Positions 26,991-36,202 are shown, counted from the stretch's first letter. The stretch: DNA of 64,000 bases from a bacterium (GCA_030704665.1 JAUYID010000009.1:394460-458459); one strand, 5' to 3'. Notes: a model not told the origin generated them from the sequence alone. Numbers and translations are program-made.

Positions 26991-27014
26991 ACCTTTCAAC
27001 CAGTCTTTGATTCA

Positions 27015-27185
27015 CTAAAGTCGGGGTCTTGTGACTGGAAGATAGTACCAGCCCAGACCCAGAACGACCAGACTAACCCCGACACCACAGAGAGCAGCGG
27101 GATTATCAGGAATCTGGGTCGATAAAGCCAGTGTCACGGCCAACCCCAGAATAAATGCAGCCACAATAAGCTTCACCGCAGTCAT
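27015..27185 (-). CDS. small 2-TM membrane peptide (56 aa), not in the ORF track
   Basis: MTAVKLIVAAFILGLAVTLALS...GVGVSLVVLGLGWYYL; weak SD AGGTGG. The track ORF 27106..27339 is an overlapping artefact. Confidence 0.3.
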   Translation of the reverse strand: MTAVKLIVAAFILGLAVTLALSTQIPDNPAALCGVGVSLVVLGLGWYYLPVTRPRL

Positions 27186-27196
27186 GACCACCTACT

Positions 27197-27760
27197 TTAG
27201 GGTAGAGACCCTTCGTAGATGACAGCGTAAGTGTAGCGACCGCTCTCGGCGATGACAACCCCAATTCCGATCCGCTCGTAGTGCGGATTGAGAGTGTTGG
27301 CCCGATGAGGCAGACTCTCCCAGAGCATCTTTGCCGCACGAGTGGCCGTTCCTTCGATTGGCCAGTTGTTCCAAGCCAGATTCTCCCCCGCCCAAGCGTG
27401 TCCTATTCGCGCTTGGTCCATGAGACAGACGAAGTTGCAACCATCCGGTGGTGCGTGACCGAAGTAGTGATTGAGCGCCATGTCTTCGGCTCGATACTGA
27501 GCTACTATACTCAGAGTTGGATCGAGTCGGAGCGCGTTTCTACCAGTCCTCATTCTTTGTTCGTTGAGTAGAAGAAAGAGCTGGTCGGCCGGGTTTGCGG
27601 GTGGTGCTGGAGTCGCTGTTGGTAAGACAACCACAGTTGCGGTTGGTACCGGCTCGACTGTTGCTCCCGCGACCGCAGCTTCTTTCTTGGCTTCAGAACG
27701 GCAGGCCAGAGTCAGGAGCATCAGCCCCGTTGCGACGGCAACTATAAGTTTAGAGCGCAT
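27197..27760 (-). CDS. secreted CAP/SCP/PR-1-domain protein
   Basis: Signal peptide with LTLAC. LNEQRMRTGRNALRLDP...HYFGH...GENLAW are CAP-domain conserved motifs. Confidence 0.7.
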   Translation of the reverse strand: MRSKLIVAVATGLMLLTLACRSEAKKEAAVAGATVEPVPTATVVVLPTATPAPPANPADQLFLLLNEQRMRTGRNALRLDPTLSIVAQYRAEDMALNHYFGHAPPDGCNFVCLMDQARIGHAWAGENLAWNNWPIEGTATRAAKMLWESLPHRANTLNPHYERIGIGVVIAESGRYTYAVIYEGSLP

Positions 27761-27924
27761 GATCTCACCCTTTCAGTTGGTTGAGTCCTCACACAAGGAG
27801 GAGACTCAGACAAAACCGCCGCAATACGCAGACAGTCAAGCCTTGATACGATCTTTCTGAGTTTCTTCACGATCGACTCCTTCAGAGCCCGCTTGCTTGT
27901 TCGAAAGTGATTTTAACACTAAAG

Positions 27925-27995
27925 GTAAAGTTTGGAACTAGTTAAAAAAGGGAAAAGTGGTCGTGACCTCTCTCCTTTTCAGAGATCTCGACCTT
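27925..27995. repeat. about 70-nt repeat, copy 2
   Basis: TTTTAACACTAAAGG...AAAAAAGGGAAAAGTGGTCGTGACCTCTCTCCTTTTCAGAGATCTCGACC. Lies immediately 3' of the 28000 gene stop. Confidence 0.45.
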
Positions 27996-27999
27996 ATTG

Positions 28000-28479
28000 T
28001 CAGTTCTTGATCCAGCCGCCGGCGAAACTGCTCTCGTAGAAATCATCAGGTCCCATATAGATCCCGGCAGTTTCGTAACCGGCGAACTTACCGAAGCCGG
28101 AGTTGAACATCTCGTAGGTTTGGGAGTAGTAGACCATACCACCGTCTTCGAAGTCGATTTCTCCCCGACCGAGTCTGACTGAGTGCAGCAGTTGTCGTGA
28201 GACTTGTCTTAGAAAGGCATCCGCATCGCGTCTTGTGGTACGGAGTAAACCTCGAAGTGTCATCCCCCAGATCGGCTCTTCATCGGCAAAGACCAGTTCT
28301 TGGCTTTGGGTTACTTTGCTCCCAACAGACCAAATCTCGAAGCGGAAGCGCTTTCGGCTGTAAACCCAGACTTCGGCTCGCGGAAGCAGCACTGCCGCAG
28401 GTCGCTCGCTTTCTTTTCCCGACAAGTGGTGGTAGCGAGACTCAATGACGAAGTCGCGAACTTCTTTTACTCTTAACAT
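28000..28479 (-). CDS. hypothetical protein
   Basis: 159 aa with no motif recognised. Confidence 0.4.
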   Translation of the reverse strand: MLRVKEVRDFVIESRYHHLSGKESERPAAVLLPRAEVWVYSRKRFRFEIWSVGSKVTQSQELVFADEEPIWGMTLRGLLRTTRRDADAFLRQVSRQLLHSVRLGRGEIDFEDGGMVYYSQTYEMFNSGFGKFAGYETAGIYMGPDDFYESSFAGGWIKN

Positions 28480-28496
28480 GAGTCCAACTCCTTTAC

Positions 28497-28613
28497 TTAA
28501 GCCCGAGTTCGGTAATCAGCTCTGGCTTGACCTCTGACATTGAAGTTGCGCAGGAACCGCGCAGCCGAAAGGTTGCGCATGTCCGCTCCTGAGCCAAGAT
28601 TGACCGCTTTCAT
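28497..28613 (-). CDS. possible 38-aa basic peptide
   Basis: ATG lies 7 nt after GAGGGGG. MKAVNLGSGADMRNLSAARFLRNF. Speculative. Confidence 0.2.
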   Translation of the reverse strand: MKAVNLGSGADMRNLSAARFLRNFNVRGQARADYRTRA

Positions 28614-28659
28614 CTTGATCCCCCTCTTTCTTGATTGGAGCTATTTTAGCAGAAACCAC

Positions 28660-28680
28660 CAAACAAGAGTGTTATACTAG
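28660..28680 (+). promoter_or_regulatory. extended -10 promoter (TGTTATACT) upstream of the histidine kinase gene
   Basis: TGnTATACT lies about 25 nt upstream of the ATG. Similar GTTATAAT or GTTATAAC elements precede the genes at 49080, 21195 and 16571. Confidence 0.35.
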
Positions 28681-28702
28681 AAAAATAAGTTAATTTCAAA
28701 AA

Positions 28703-30496
28703 ATGTTTGCTGATCTGTCCATCATTTTTGACTTTCGTTTTAACCTCTACGCTCTACCTTCACTTCTGACGATCATTATTAATATTGTCCTTTTGCTTCT
28801 GATTCAGAGGCGTGGAGCAAAAAACCAAGCCAACCGTTGGTTCAGTTTGGTGCTCGGAGTTTTGGTTCTTTGGGGGATTTCGGAATTTCTCGATCGTTCC
28901 AGTGCCAACCCGACGACCTCTCTTTTTTGGGATTACGTCGGCCGTCCAGCTTGGATCGGACTGCCGACACTACTTTTTACTTTCGTTATTCATTTTACCG
29001 GCAGAGAAAGTTTTTTTCGCTCCCGCCTCAACCAGCTTCTGGTCTTTCTCCCTAGTTTGGTCTTTCTTTTTCTCGCCTGGAATACCAATGTCATTCTCAA
29101 CAACACTGTCAGCGATAACCACCCAGCTTTTTGGGGCTGGCAAATCTCACCACAAGCTGATCTCTACTCTCTTTTTCTTGTTTGGTTTAGCTTTTTGACG
29201 ATTGCTTCAGTAGGACTGTTGACCCGTTTTTATTTGCGTACCCCAGATTTGATCAACAAACGCCAAACTCTTTTTATCATCATCGGTACCTTGATTCCGA
29301 TTGTTGGTGGTTTGGTGACTGATGCGATTTTGCCAGCCTTGGGTGTAGAGACTGTTTTGCCCATTGCGGTTCTGCTTTCTTGTGGTTTGAGTCTGTCGAT
29401 TTCTTACGCGATTCTGCGTTATAGTCTTTTTGTGGTCAACCCAACACTGACTTCGGAAACAGTGCTGGATAACATGTCCGAGGCAATTTTTGTCATCCGT
29501 CCGAACAATATCGTCGAGCAAGTCAATAAAGCCATTTCGCGGCTTTTGGGTTTCAAAAAAGAAGAACTGATTGGAGCCAATGTCAGCCGAATTTTTTCTG
29601 ATCAGGAGACTTGGCAGAGATTTTCAGAAGAGATTTTGAAAAAATTGCCAGAGAAGGACGTGATCGCCAATTTCGAAACAAAATTTCGCAGCCGTCAAGG
29701 AGACAAAATACCAATCAGTTTTTCCGCAGCCGCTTTGAAGGAAGATGGACAAGTCCAAGGTATTGTCGGAATTGCTCGTGATGTGCGAGAAGAAAAACAA
29801 CTTGAGGAAATGAAACTCGATTTCGTTTCTATGGCAGCGCATCAACTCCGCACTCCCTTGACCGCTATCAGAGGCTATCTGTCTCTTCTTCAAGAGCAAA
29901 TTGCCGACAAATTGAGCCCGGATGAAAGAGCTTTTTTGACGAAAACTTCAATTGCTTCAAACCGGCTCGCTGCTTTGGTCGAAAATCTCCTTTCCGTTTC
30001 CGGAGTTGAGCACGGAGAAATCAAGATTTCCAAAAGCGAAGTCAACTGGGAGGATTTAATTGCCGAAGTGGTTGGGATTTTCAAACAAGAAGCAGAAACA
30101 CACAAAGTTGAGCTGGTTTTCCACAAACCGGAGAAGGAACTAGCCAAAATCTCGGTTGATAAATTTCGGATGAGTGAGGTTCTTTCCAATTTAATTAGCA
30201 ACGCTGTCGCTTACAACAAAGAGGGTGGCAAAGTTGAGGTCTTCGTGCGGGAAAAGGACGACCAAATCGTTACTTATGTTCGCGATACCGGCAGTGGAAT
30301 ACCAGCTGAAGATCTACCCAAACTTTTTAGCAAATTTTTTCACGTCTCCCGCTCTCTCGTGCAAGGAACCAAAGGTACCGGCCTGGGTCTCTACATTGCC
30401 AAAGGTTTGATTGAGGCACACGGAGGGAAAATTGAGGTTGAGTCAGAGCTAGGCAAAGGCAGTACTTTTTCTTTTTCGCTTCCGATTGGTAATTAA
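28703..30496 (+). CDS. sensor histidine kinase (7-TM sensor, PAS, HisKA, HATPase_c)
   Basis: H-box [20 protein letters not shown]-box [12 protein letters not shown] and G-boxes DTGSGIP / [18 protein letters not shown]. The N-terminus is polytopic. Confidence 0.85.
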   Translation: MFADLSIIFDFRFNLYALPSLLTIIINIVLLLLIQRRGAKNQANRWFSLVLGVLVLWGISEFLDRSSANPTTSLFWDYVGRPAWIGLPTLLFTFVIHFTGRESFFRSRLNQLLVFLPSLVFLFLAWNTNVILNNTVSDNHPAFWGWQISPQADLYSLFLVWFSFLTIASVGLLTRFYLRTPDLINKRQTLFIIIGTLIPIVGGLVTDAILPALGVETVLPIAVLLSCGLSLSISYAILRYSLFVVNPTLTSETVLDNMSEAIFVIRPNNIVEQVNKAISRLLGFKKEELIGANVSRIFSDQETWQRFSEEILKKLPEKDVIANFETKFRSRQGDKIPISFSAAALKEDGQVQGIVGIARDVREEKQLEEMKLDFVSMAAHQLRTPLTAIRGYLSLLQEQIADKLSPDERAFLTKTSIASNRLAALVENLLSVSGVEHGEIKISKSEVNWEDLIAEVVGIFKQEAETHKVELVFHKPEKELAKISVDKFRMSEVLSNLISNAVAYNKEGGKVEVFVREKDDQIVTYVRDTGSGIPAEDLPKLFSKFFHVSRSLVQGTKGTGLGLYIAKGLIEAHGGKIEVESELGKGSTFSFSLPIGN

Positions 30497-30506
30497 AATC
30501 GTGTTA

Positions 30507-30839
30507 TGTCATCCTGAGCGATTAGCGAAGGATCTCGTCCCCCAAGTCTTTCCAAACCTGATTGTTGGTTTCTATTAAACTGATCTTTTTTGATCTCAGC
30601 CAACCTTTTATTCTCTTCTCGCTTTCAATAGCTTGACTTGAATTTTCAAATTCTTCAAAGAAAACAAGCTTATTCAGATTGTACTTTTTGCTAAACCCAT
30701 CGATCAGTTTATTTTTATTCTCAAAAAGTCTTCTTTTTAGATTGTTTGTAACACCTGTGTAGAGAACTCTGTTTAGCTTGTTGGTAATAATATAAACGTA
30801 ATAACTCATGAGATTCTTCAGCTCCGCCTCAGAATGACA
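30507..30839 (-). mobile_element. GIY-YIG element bounded by about 30-bp terminal inverted repeats
   Basis: Left arm TGTCATCCTGAGCGATTAGCGAAGGATCTC and right arm GAGATTCTTCAGCTCCGCCTCAGAATGACA are inverted repeats. The GIY-YIG ORF fills the space between them exactly: its ATG abuts the right arm and its last codons (EILR, stop) are encoded by the left arm. Confidence 0.7.
30522..30809 (-). CDS. GIY-YIG nuclease-family protein (95 aa)
   Basis: YYVYIITNKLNRVLYTGVTNNLKRRLFEH contains the GIY-YIG motifs and matches the COG2827/YhbQ-like small URI-domain proteins. Confidence 0.85.
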   Translation of the reverse strand: MSYYVYIITNKLNRVLYTGVTNNLKRRLFENKNKLIDGFSKKYNLNKLVFFEEFENSSQAIESEKRIKGWLRSKKISLIETNNQVWKDLGDEILR

Positions 30840-30841
30840 GG

Positions 30842-31264
30842 TTAGCCAATGTATTTGTTGAATTCGACGAAATCTTTTTTGTTGTAGTAGTAAGGAATTT
30901 GGGCGGTCAGTTTGTAGCCAAGGGACTGGTAAAATTTGACCGCCGACCAGTGTTTGCCAGTGACCAAATCAATGTTGTGGCAACCCTCTTCTTTGGCAAT
31001 TTTCTCAGCCTCTTCCATCAGAGCACGGCCGACACCCTTGCCTCTCTTGCCCTCAGCGACAATCACGACTTGAAGATCAGCTACCCCAGCCTCTATTTTC
31101 ATCTTTAGACTGCCAGCTATTTCTCCGTTCTCCTCTGCTTTCAAAACGACATACTTTTCTCTCCACTCAACATCTTGCCCGTATTTTTCCTGATCAACCT
31201 TCGCCCATTCGCGGAGATTGAACTCCTCAACTTCTTTTTCAGTTGTTGGAGTCACTTTTACCAT
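30842..31264 (-). CDS. GNAT-family N-acetyltransferase
   Basis: RGKGVGRALMEEAEKIAKEEGC is the acetyl-CoA binding motif A. Confidence 0.75.
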   Translation of the reverse strand: MVKVTPTTEKEVEEFNLREWAKVDQEKYGQDVEWREKYVVLKAEENGEIAGSLKMKIEAGVADLQVVIVAEGKRGKGVGRALMEEAEKIAKEEGCHNIDLVTGKHWSAVKFYQSLGYKLTAQIPYYYNKKDFVEFNKYIG

Positions 31265-31339
31265 AAAGCTCTACCTGGTCAGTGTAGCACGGAGTTTTGG
31301 CTAAGACAACTTAAATAAATTTCTTTTCAAAGATAAAAC

Positions 31340-31396
31340 TGTCATTCTGAAGCTAGCTTCGATTACGAAACTAAGCGAGCGGAGCTGAAGAATCTC
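31340..31396. repeat. solo left-arm copy of the TIR with internal palindrome GAAGCTAGCTTC
   Basis: TGTCATTCTGAAGC..GAGCGGAGCTGAAGAATCTC. Followed by the motif TTGCTTGTCCAA, which also occurs at about 45450 and 55625. Confidence 0.55.
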
Positions 31397-31457
31397 TTGT
31401 TGCAAACTTAACTTCTTCTTTTTGCTTGTCCAATGTAAGTTCTTAATTCTGAATTCA

Positions 31458-32810
31458 TCATTCTCCATTCTTCGTTCTTAACTTTTCCAGGTGCTCCTTG
31501 ATGTAACGTTCGTAACCGATCGCTTTTGGTTCATAATATTTTCTGCCTTTTAACCGCTGCGGCAGAAAGTCTTGTTTGACCCATCCACCTTCGAAATCAT
31601 GGGCATATTTGTAGCCCTTGCCATAGTCAATCTCTTTCATCAACTTAGTGACGGCGTTGCGTAGATGCAGTGGAACCGGCTCGTTGAGAGTAGCTCGCAC
31701 GTCACGTTGGGCCTTTTGGAGAGCGATGTAGGAAGCATTGCTTTTTGGGGTTGTTGCTAGGTAGGTTGCTGCCTGGGCAAGGTTGAGAGCAGCTTCAGGT
31801 AGACCTACATATTGTAGAGCGGTAGCGGCCGCCACCGCGATGGTGAGAGCTTTCGGATCAGCATTGCCCACGTCTTCAGAGGCAAGAATGATCATCCGTC
31901 GGGCGATGAACTCCGGGTCTTCGCCTGCTTCCAGCATTCTGGCTAGCCAGTAGACCGCCGCATCGGGATCAGAGCCACGCATGGATTTGATGAAGGCGGA
32001 AACCACGTTGTAGTGTTCTTCTCCGGTTTTATCATACAAAAGTTTTTTATCTCCCAGAGCTTGAGCAATTTTTTCTTCGCTAACTTTGCGCTCGCCGTCT
32101 CGTTGTCCGGTCAAATTGACCGCAATCTCCAGAGCATTGAGAATTGTTCGAGCGTCCCCGTTGGCGGTCCCCAAAAGTAAATCAAAGGCTTTGCTTTCAA
32201 CTTTGGGATTCAAACTACCCAGGCCCTTGGCCTTATCCCTTAAGGCACGTTTAACTAGTTCTTTAATATCGTCAACTTCCAAGCGTTCTAAAATTAAAAC
32301 CTTAGTGCGGGACAAAAGTGGAGCGATGACTTCAAAGGAAGGATTTTCAGTGGTAGCGCCGATCAAAGTAATCGTTCCGTCCTCAACGAAAGGAAGAAGG
32401 TAAGCTTGCTGGGATTTGTTCCAGCGGTGCATTTCGTCAATACAGAGAACGGTGCGCTCCCCCTTTTCCTCAGCGCGAATCTTGGCTTCGGAAATTACTT
32501 TCTTGATATCATTGACTCCGACCTCGACCGCAGAGTGAAACTCAAAGAAACTTTTGGTTTCGGCAGCAATTATCTTTGCAAGAGTTGTTTTCCCACTGCC
32601 TGGTGGCCCCCAGAAAATCAAAGAGGGAATTTGATCTTTTTTGATCAAAGTTGAAATCAATTTGCCCGGCCCAACTAGGTGATTTTGACCGACAAATTCA
32701 GCTAGAGACTCCGGGCGCAAGCGCTCGGCCAAAGGTTTTTGGTCGTTTTGGTCTTGGGGTTGGCGCAGAAGTTTTTTGGTGCGAGCTTTGCTGACAAGTT
32801 TCATACCCAT
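31458..32810 (-). CDS. rarA: replication-associated recombination protein A (MgsA/RarA AAA+ ATPase)
   Basis: GPPGSGKTTLA Walker A, DEMHRWNKSQQ Walker B and the C-terminal MgsA helical domain. 450 aa. Confidence 0.9.
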   Translation of the reverse strand: MGMKLVSKARTKKLLRQPQDQNDQKPLAERLRPESLAEFVGQNHLVGPGKLISTLIKKDQIPSLIFWGPPGSGKTTLAKIIAAETKSFFEFHSAVEVGVNDIKKVISEAKIRAEEKGERTVLCIDEMHRWNKSQQAYLLPFVEDGTITLIGATTENPSFEVIAPLLSRTKVLILERLEVDDIKELVKRALRDKAKGLGSLNPKVESKAFDLLLGTANGDARTILNALEIAVNLTGQRDGERKVSEEKIAQALGDKKLLYDKTGEEHYNVVSAFIKSMRGSDPDAAVYWLARMLEAGEDPEFIARRMIILASEDVGNADPKALTIAVAAATALQYVGLPEAALNLAQAATYLATTPKSNASYIALQKAQRDVRATLNEPVPLHLRNAVTKLMKEIDYGKGYKYAHDFEGGWVKQDFLPQRLKGRKYYEPKAIGYERYIKEHLEKLRTKNGE

Positions 32811-32861
32811 TGGTATGAGCTATCTTACTTCGGGAAAGGTTTCGGGTCAACAAAATTTGAG

Positions 32862-32891
32862 GATAGATTCTTCACTGTGCTCAGAATGACA
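32862..32891. repeat. solo right-arm TIR copy
   Basis: GATAGATTCTTCACTGTGCTCAGAATGACA, 52 nt upstream of the rarA start. Confidence 0.5.
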
Positions 32892-32963
32892 AGAGAGTTG
32901 GTTAAAGGCTAGAATTAGAGAGACCTCCTTTCTTCCGTTTTGGTCTCTTTCCTAGTCTTGCAG

Positions 32964-33368
32964 TTAGTCGTACAGACGCTCGATGCAGCTGACGATTTCA
33001 CCGACTTTGCGGTCAGTGTAGACGTTGATTCCGTAAGCTTTCTGCCACTGCCGTTGCGTAGTTTTGGGCAAGATCTGGTGAACAGCGAAAGCAATCAGCT
33101 TGCGTTGGCCAACTACTGACTCAAGATGTTCGATGGAATTGCGAATTAGGACCAGATCCGTTTCGTCCAACTGGTCAGTGATGGCGACGAAGAGAGTCCC
33201 GAGCGAGAGCTTGAGACTCAAAATCGAGGCTCGTGGGTAGTTGCCCCAGTAATGAGTCTTAAAGCCAAGCTTCTTGAGTCTGCGCCCCACTTCGCTGACT
33301 CGGGCCGGCAAGGTCAGCGAGTCCGGCAGACCTGGGATAGCCAGGATTAACTGATTGAACCAGTGCAT
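32964..33368 (-). CDS. hypothetical protein (135 aa)
   Basis: Start set at MHWFN after AAGGAGGAG. The longer track ORF overlaps the upstream gene. Confidence 0.4.
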   Translation of the reverse strand: MHWFNQLILAIPGLPDSLTLPARVSEVGRRLKKLGFKTHYWGNYPRASILSLKLSLGTLFVAITDQLDETDLVLIRNSIEHLESVVGQRKLIAFAVHQILPKTTQRQWQKAYGINVYTDRKVGEIVSCIERLYD

Positions 33369-33441
33369 GATCTTCTCCTCCTTAACCATGATCGTTGCGC
33401 TTCGGTGAGTCTTCGCTTCAGGGAAACCCTGAATGCTGAAT

Positions 33442-33867
33442 TTAGTTTGGCCAGGAACCACAGCGGGACTCGTTCGCTTTTTCCTTAAGCCAGTGAGCAA
33501 TCTCTTTTGGTTTGGAGCCAAACACCAAAAGAACCTTTTGTTTGAAGGCATCCTGAATCAAGAGTTCGTCAGGAGCTTGGTTGGAAACGAAAAGAACACA
33601 AAGGTAGTCTTTTCCGGCGTAAGCCCGCGCGAAGCTTCTGATTTGTTCAGGTGCAATGCTCGGGCGGATGGCGATTTCGATCCGACCTTTGAAAGGGAGA
33701 ATGTAGAAGTCACTGCGGAAAGTACCAACCGGAGCGCCCCAAGAGCGATTGACGTCCAGACCAAACAGAAAGCACTCTTCCATGGCTCGCTTTGCCAAGC
33801 TTCGACGAACGGTTTCTTCCGAAAACCAGTTGCCGAAAGCGAGGATGACTCGATCAGCGATGGTCAT
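33442..33867 (-). CDS. hypothetical protein (141 aa)
   Basis: No recognised motif. Forms a two-gene cassette with 32964..33368. Confidence 0.4.
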   Translation of the reverse strand: MTIADRVILAFGNWFSEETVRRSLAKRAMEECFLFGLDVNRSWGAPVGTFRSDFYILPFKGRIEIAIRPSIAPEQIRSFARAYAGKDYLCVLFVSNQAPDELLIQDAFKQKVLLVFGSKPKEIAHWLKEKANESRCGSWPN

Positions 33868-33981
33868 GACTCTGTCCTTTCACTATTCAATTAATGGTCA
33901 TTTTATCACGCCAGGGGAAATTAAATTAAAAAAAGGGTGAACTCTGAGGGGCTCGTGTCTCCTTTCAAAAAAAGAGCACCC

Positions 33982-34659
33982 TCAGAGTGAGACGGTTCTT
34001 GGTCCACGACGGCGTAGTCTCCTGTTAGTTAGAAGATCCTCAGAGAGGGTTTCCACCGGGGAGGTGTCTGAGACAGTAAAGGCCCAGCCGCAGGAGAAAC
34101 AATTCCAGATGTCTCTATCTTCCCGATCCTGGATAATTCTTCCCGCGCAGCGCTTGCAGTTCTTGGGCGGGGTAGGTCCGCGGTCGATGAAGACTGGGTC
34201 GCCAAAGTGTTGACTGACTATTTCAGCAACAGCAGCGACGACTGGTTTTCTACCTTTGGAAGTCTTGGTCTTGTCCTCGCGTCGACTTTTGGACTGCGGA
34301 ATAAGGCCTTGGTTGCGAAGAGCACCTCCAATTCGCCGCTTGATGCGGGCGATTTTCTCTTCTTCTTCCATGGGGGTGCAAACCAGTAGCTGAATCTGCT
34401 CGACCATAGACCCATAACCGGTCGTTTTCGTTTGGGGATTCGGAACAATCGTTTCAAAGACACGGTCAATATAGCCCGAGATCTTTTTGACGACATCTTG
34501 GTTACCGTAACCATAGAGAGTTTCAGCAATAACCCGCTTACTCATTCCCAACCCGTGATACCAAGCAAAGCAGGTCATCTCGACTGCTCCCAAACCCCAC
34601 GGGTTCTTCAGTTCCAAGAGCCGGACGTGCTCTTGAAGTTGGTAAGTTCTCGCAGACAC
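33982..34659 (-). CDS. putative DNA-binding protein (sigma-70 region-4-like HTH plus C-terminal zinc ribbon)
   Basis: GMSKRVIAETLYGYGNQDVVKKISGY resembles sigma region 4. C-terminal CKRCAG...CFSCG. Confidence 0.35.
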   Translation of the reverse strand: MSARTYQLQEHVRLLELKNPWGLGAVEMTCFAWYHGLGMSKRVIAETLYGYGNQDVVKKISGYIDRVFETIVPNPQTKTTGYGSMVEQIQLLVCTPMEEEEKIARIKRRIGGALRNQGLIPQSKSRREDKTKTSKGRKPVVAAVAEIVSQHFGDPVFIDRGPTPPKNCKRCAGRIIQDREDRDIWNCFSCGWAFTVSDTSPVETLSEDLLTNRRLRRRGPRTVSL

Positions 34660-34760
34660 GTCTCGCCTCCTTTCTCTTCGAGGTGGATCTTAACAGTTTT
34701 TTAGCTTTAAATCAAACCTGGAGATTCGTGTCACCACGACGGATGGTCCTGGTATCTTTC

Positions 34761-35300
34761 CTAAAGACCTTTTAGCCGAGCAACCTTGAGGATTGCAGTT
34801 ACGGAAGCAGAATGAGTGATTTCTCCCCTGTCTACCATCTCTAAAACTTTTTCAAAGGGAAATTTCTCAATTTTGATCAAGTCTGTTTCTTCGTCGGTAG
34901 GTTCCCCTTCATCGAGACCTTCGGCGAGAAACATGTGATTGGGGGCATTCAGTAAAACAGTAAGTGGGTTGACGATGCCAAGAGTAGTCCAGCGTTTGGC
35001 TATAATTCCAGTCTCTTCTTGCAATTCTCTTTTGGCAGCGTTAAGGGCAGTTTCTCCTTTATCAATACCACCAGAAGGGAGCTCATAGCTGGAATCTCCA
35101 AGCGCATAATGAAACTCTTTAATCAAATAAACTTCATTTTCTTCTGTCAAAGCAACGATTGATGAGCCACTTCCCCCAGTGACAACCCCGAAAAGACCTT
35201 CTTTGCCGTTTGGCCGAATGATTTTATCCTCTCTTACTTCAATCCAAGGATTTTTGTAAACTATTTTTGTTGTCGTTACTTCAAAAGGCCCGCGTTTCAT
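34761..35300 (-). CDS. NUDIX hydrolase
   Basis: Nudix box GGIDKGETALNAAKRELQEETGI. Confidence 0.8.
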   Translation of the reverse strand: MKRGPFEVTTTKIVYKNPWIEVREDKIIRPNGKEGLFGVVTGGSGSSIVALTEENEVYLIKEFHYALGDSSYELPSGGIDKGETALNAAKRELQEETGIIAKRWTTLGIVNPLTVLLNAPNHMFLAEGLDEGEPTDEETDLIKIEKFPFEKVLEMVDRGEITHSASVTAILKVARLKGL

Positions 35301-35303
35301 AAA

Positions 35304-35699
35304 TTAATTTTGATAAAGTTCAACCAAGATTCCGTTACAATCTTTAAAGAAGATATATCTTCCACCAAAACCGGCATCGTCTGTTTCCATCACAAACTCA
35401 ACTCCTTTACTCTTCAAATCTTTAACTACTTTATCTAAGTTTTCTACCTCAATACAAAGATGCTTAGTACCAACTGTGTGAAGATCTTCCATTAAAGTTT
35501 GCCTGTAGTTGGGTAAAGGTTTTGTGCTTTCCTCGAAGCTGAAAAGTTCAATCAGCACTTCTTTAAGTCGCAAGAGAATAATCTCCATACCTTGTTTTTT
35601 GTAGTGGTGCAGAGTTTGAAAACCCAATTTTTCATGGTACCAGCGGGATGATTCTTCGACATTATTTACGGTTAGTGCAATATGATGGGGCTTAAACAT
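35304..35699 (-). CDS. VOC/glyoxalase-family protein
   Basis: HIALTVNNVEESSRWY...HLCIEVENLD are paired beta-alpha-beta-beta-beta glyoxalase-fold motifs. Confidence 0.7.
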   Translation of the reverse strand: MFKPHHIALTVNNVEESSRWYHEKLGFQTLHHYKKQGMEIILLRLKEVLIELFSFEESTKPLPNYRQTLMEDLHTVGTKHLCIEVENLDKVVKDLKSKGVEFVMETDDAGFGGRYIFFKDCNGILVELYQN

Positions 35700-36153
35700 T
35701 ATTTAAATTGAGTTCTTGTCTAGAGTTTTCCGGAAAGTTGACGACGTCAAAAAGGACAAACTGAGTTGGTTTGATTCGGTAAAATTTGTGGGGGCGATCC
35801 GGGTTGTTCATAAATTCTAGAATCTGCTCTTGAGTAAAAATTCGATCAGCGTAGACGGAGATTGCTTTGTCGATATCTTTTTGATCGGTGAGAAGTTTTG
35901 CTACACCTTGGAGCTGCAGTCCTCTAGCAGGATCAGCTGGGGTGTGTGGTAGAACGATAGCGGCCGCTACCTTGTTATTTTTAACAACTTCAGCAGAATG
36001 ACGACGAGTGGTTGAGGAGAACCAATAAAGGTTTAGGTCTTCGTCAGCGGCAAACCAAACACTGCAAGCCCAGGGCTGCCCGTCAACAGAAGTTGCCAGC
36101 TGCATCAGTTTCGCTTCTTTCAAATACTCTTCGATCAATTTTCGCAGGTCCAT
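35692..36153 (-). CDS. pyridoxamine 5'-phosphate oxidase-like FMN-binding protein
   Basis: MQLATSVDGQPWACSVWF matches the split-barrel PNPOx/general stress protein 26 family. Overlaps the VOC gene by 8 nt. Confidence 0.7.
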   Translation of the reverse strand: MDLRKLIEEYLKEAKLMQLATSVDGQPWACSVWFAADEDLNLYWFSSTTRRHSAEVVKNNKVAAAIVLPHTPADPARGLQLQGVAKLLTDQKDIDKAISVYADRIFTQEQILEFMNNPDRPHKFYRIKPTQFVLFDVVNFPENSRQELNLNNV

Positions 36154-36202
36154 CGGAAAGATTCTACCACTTTCAAAAAGAAGCTGACAATTGAGTTATT
36201 TC

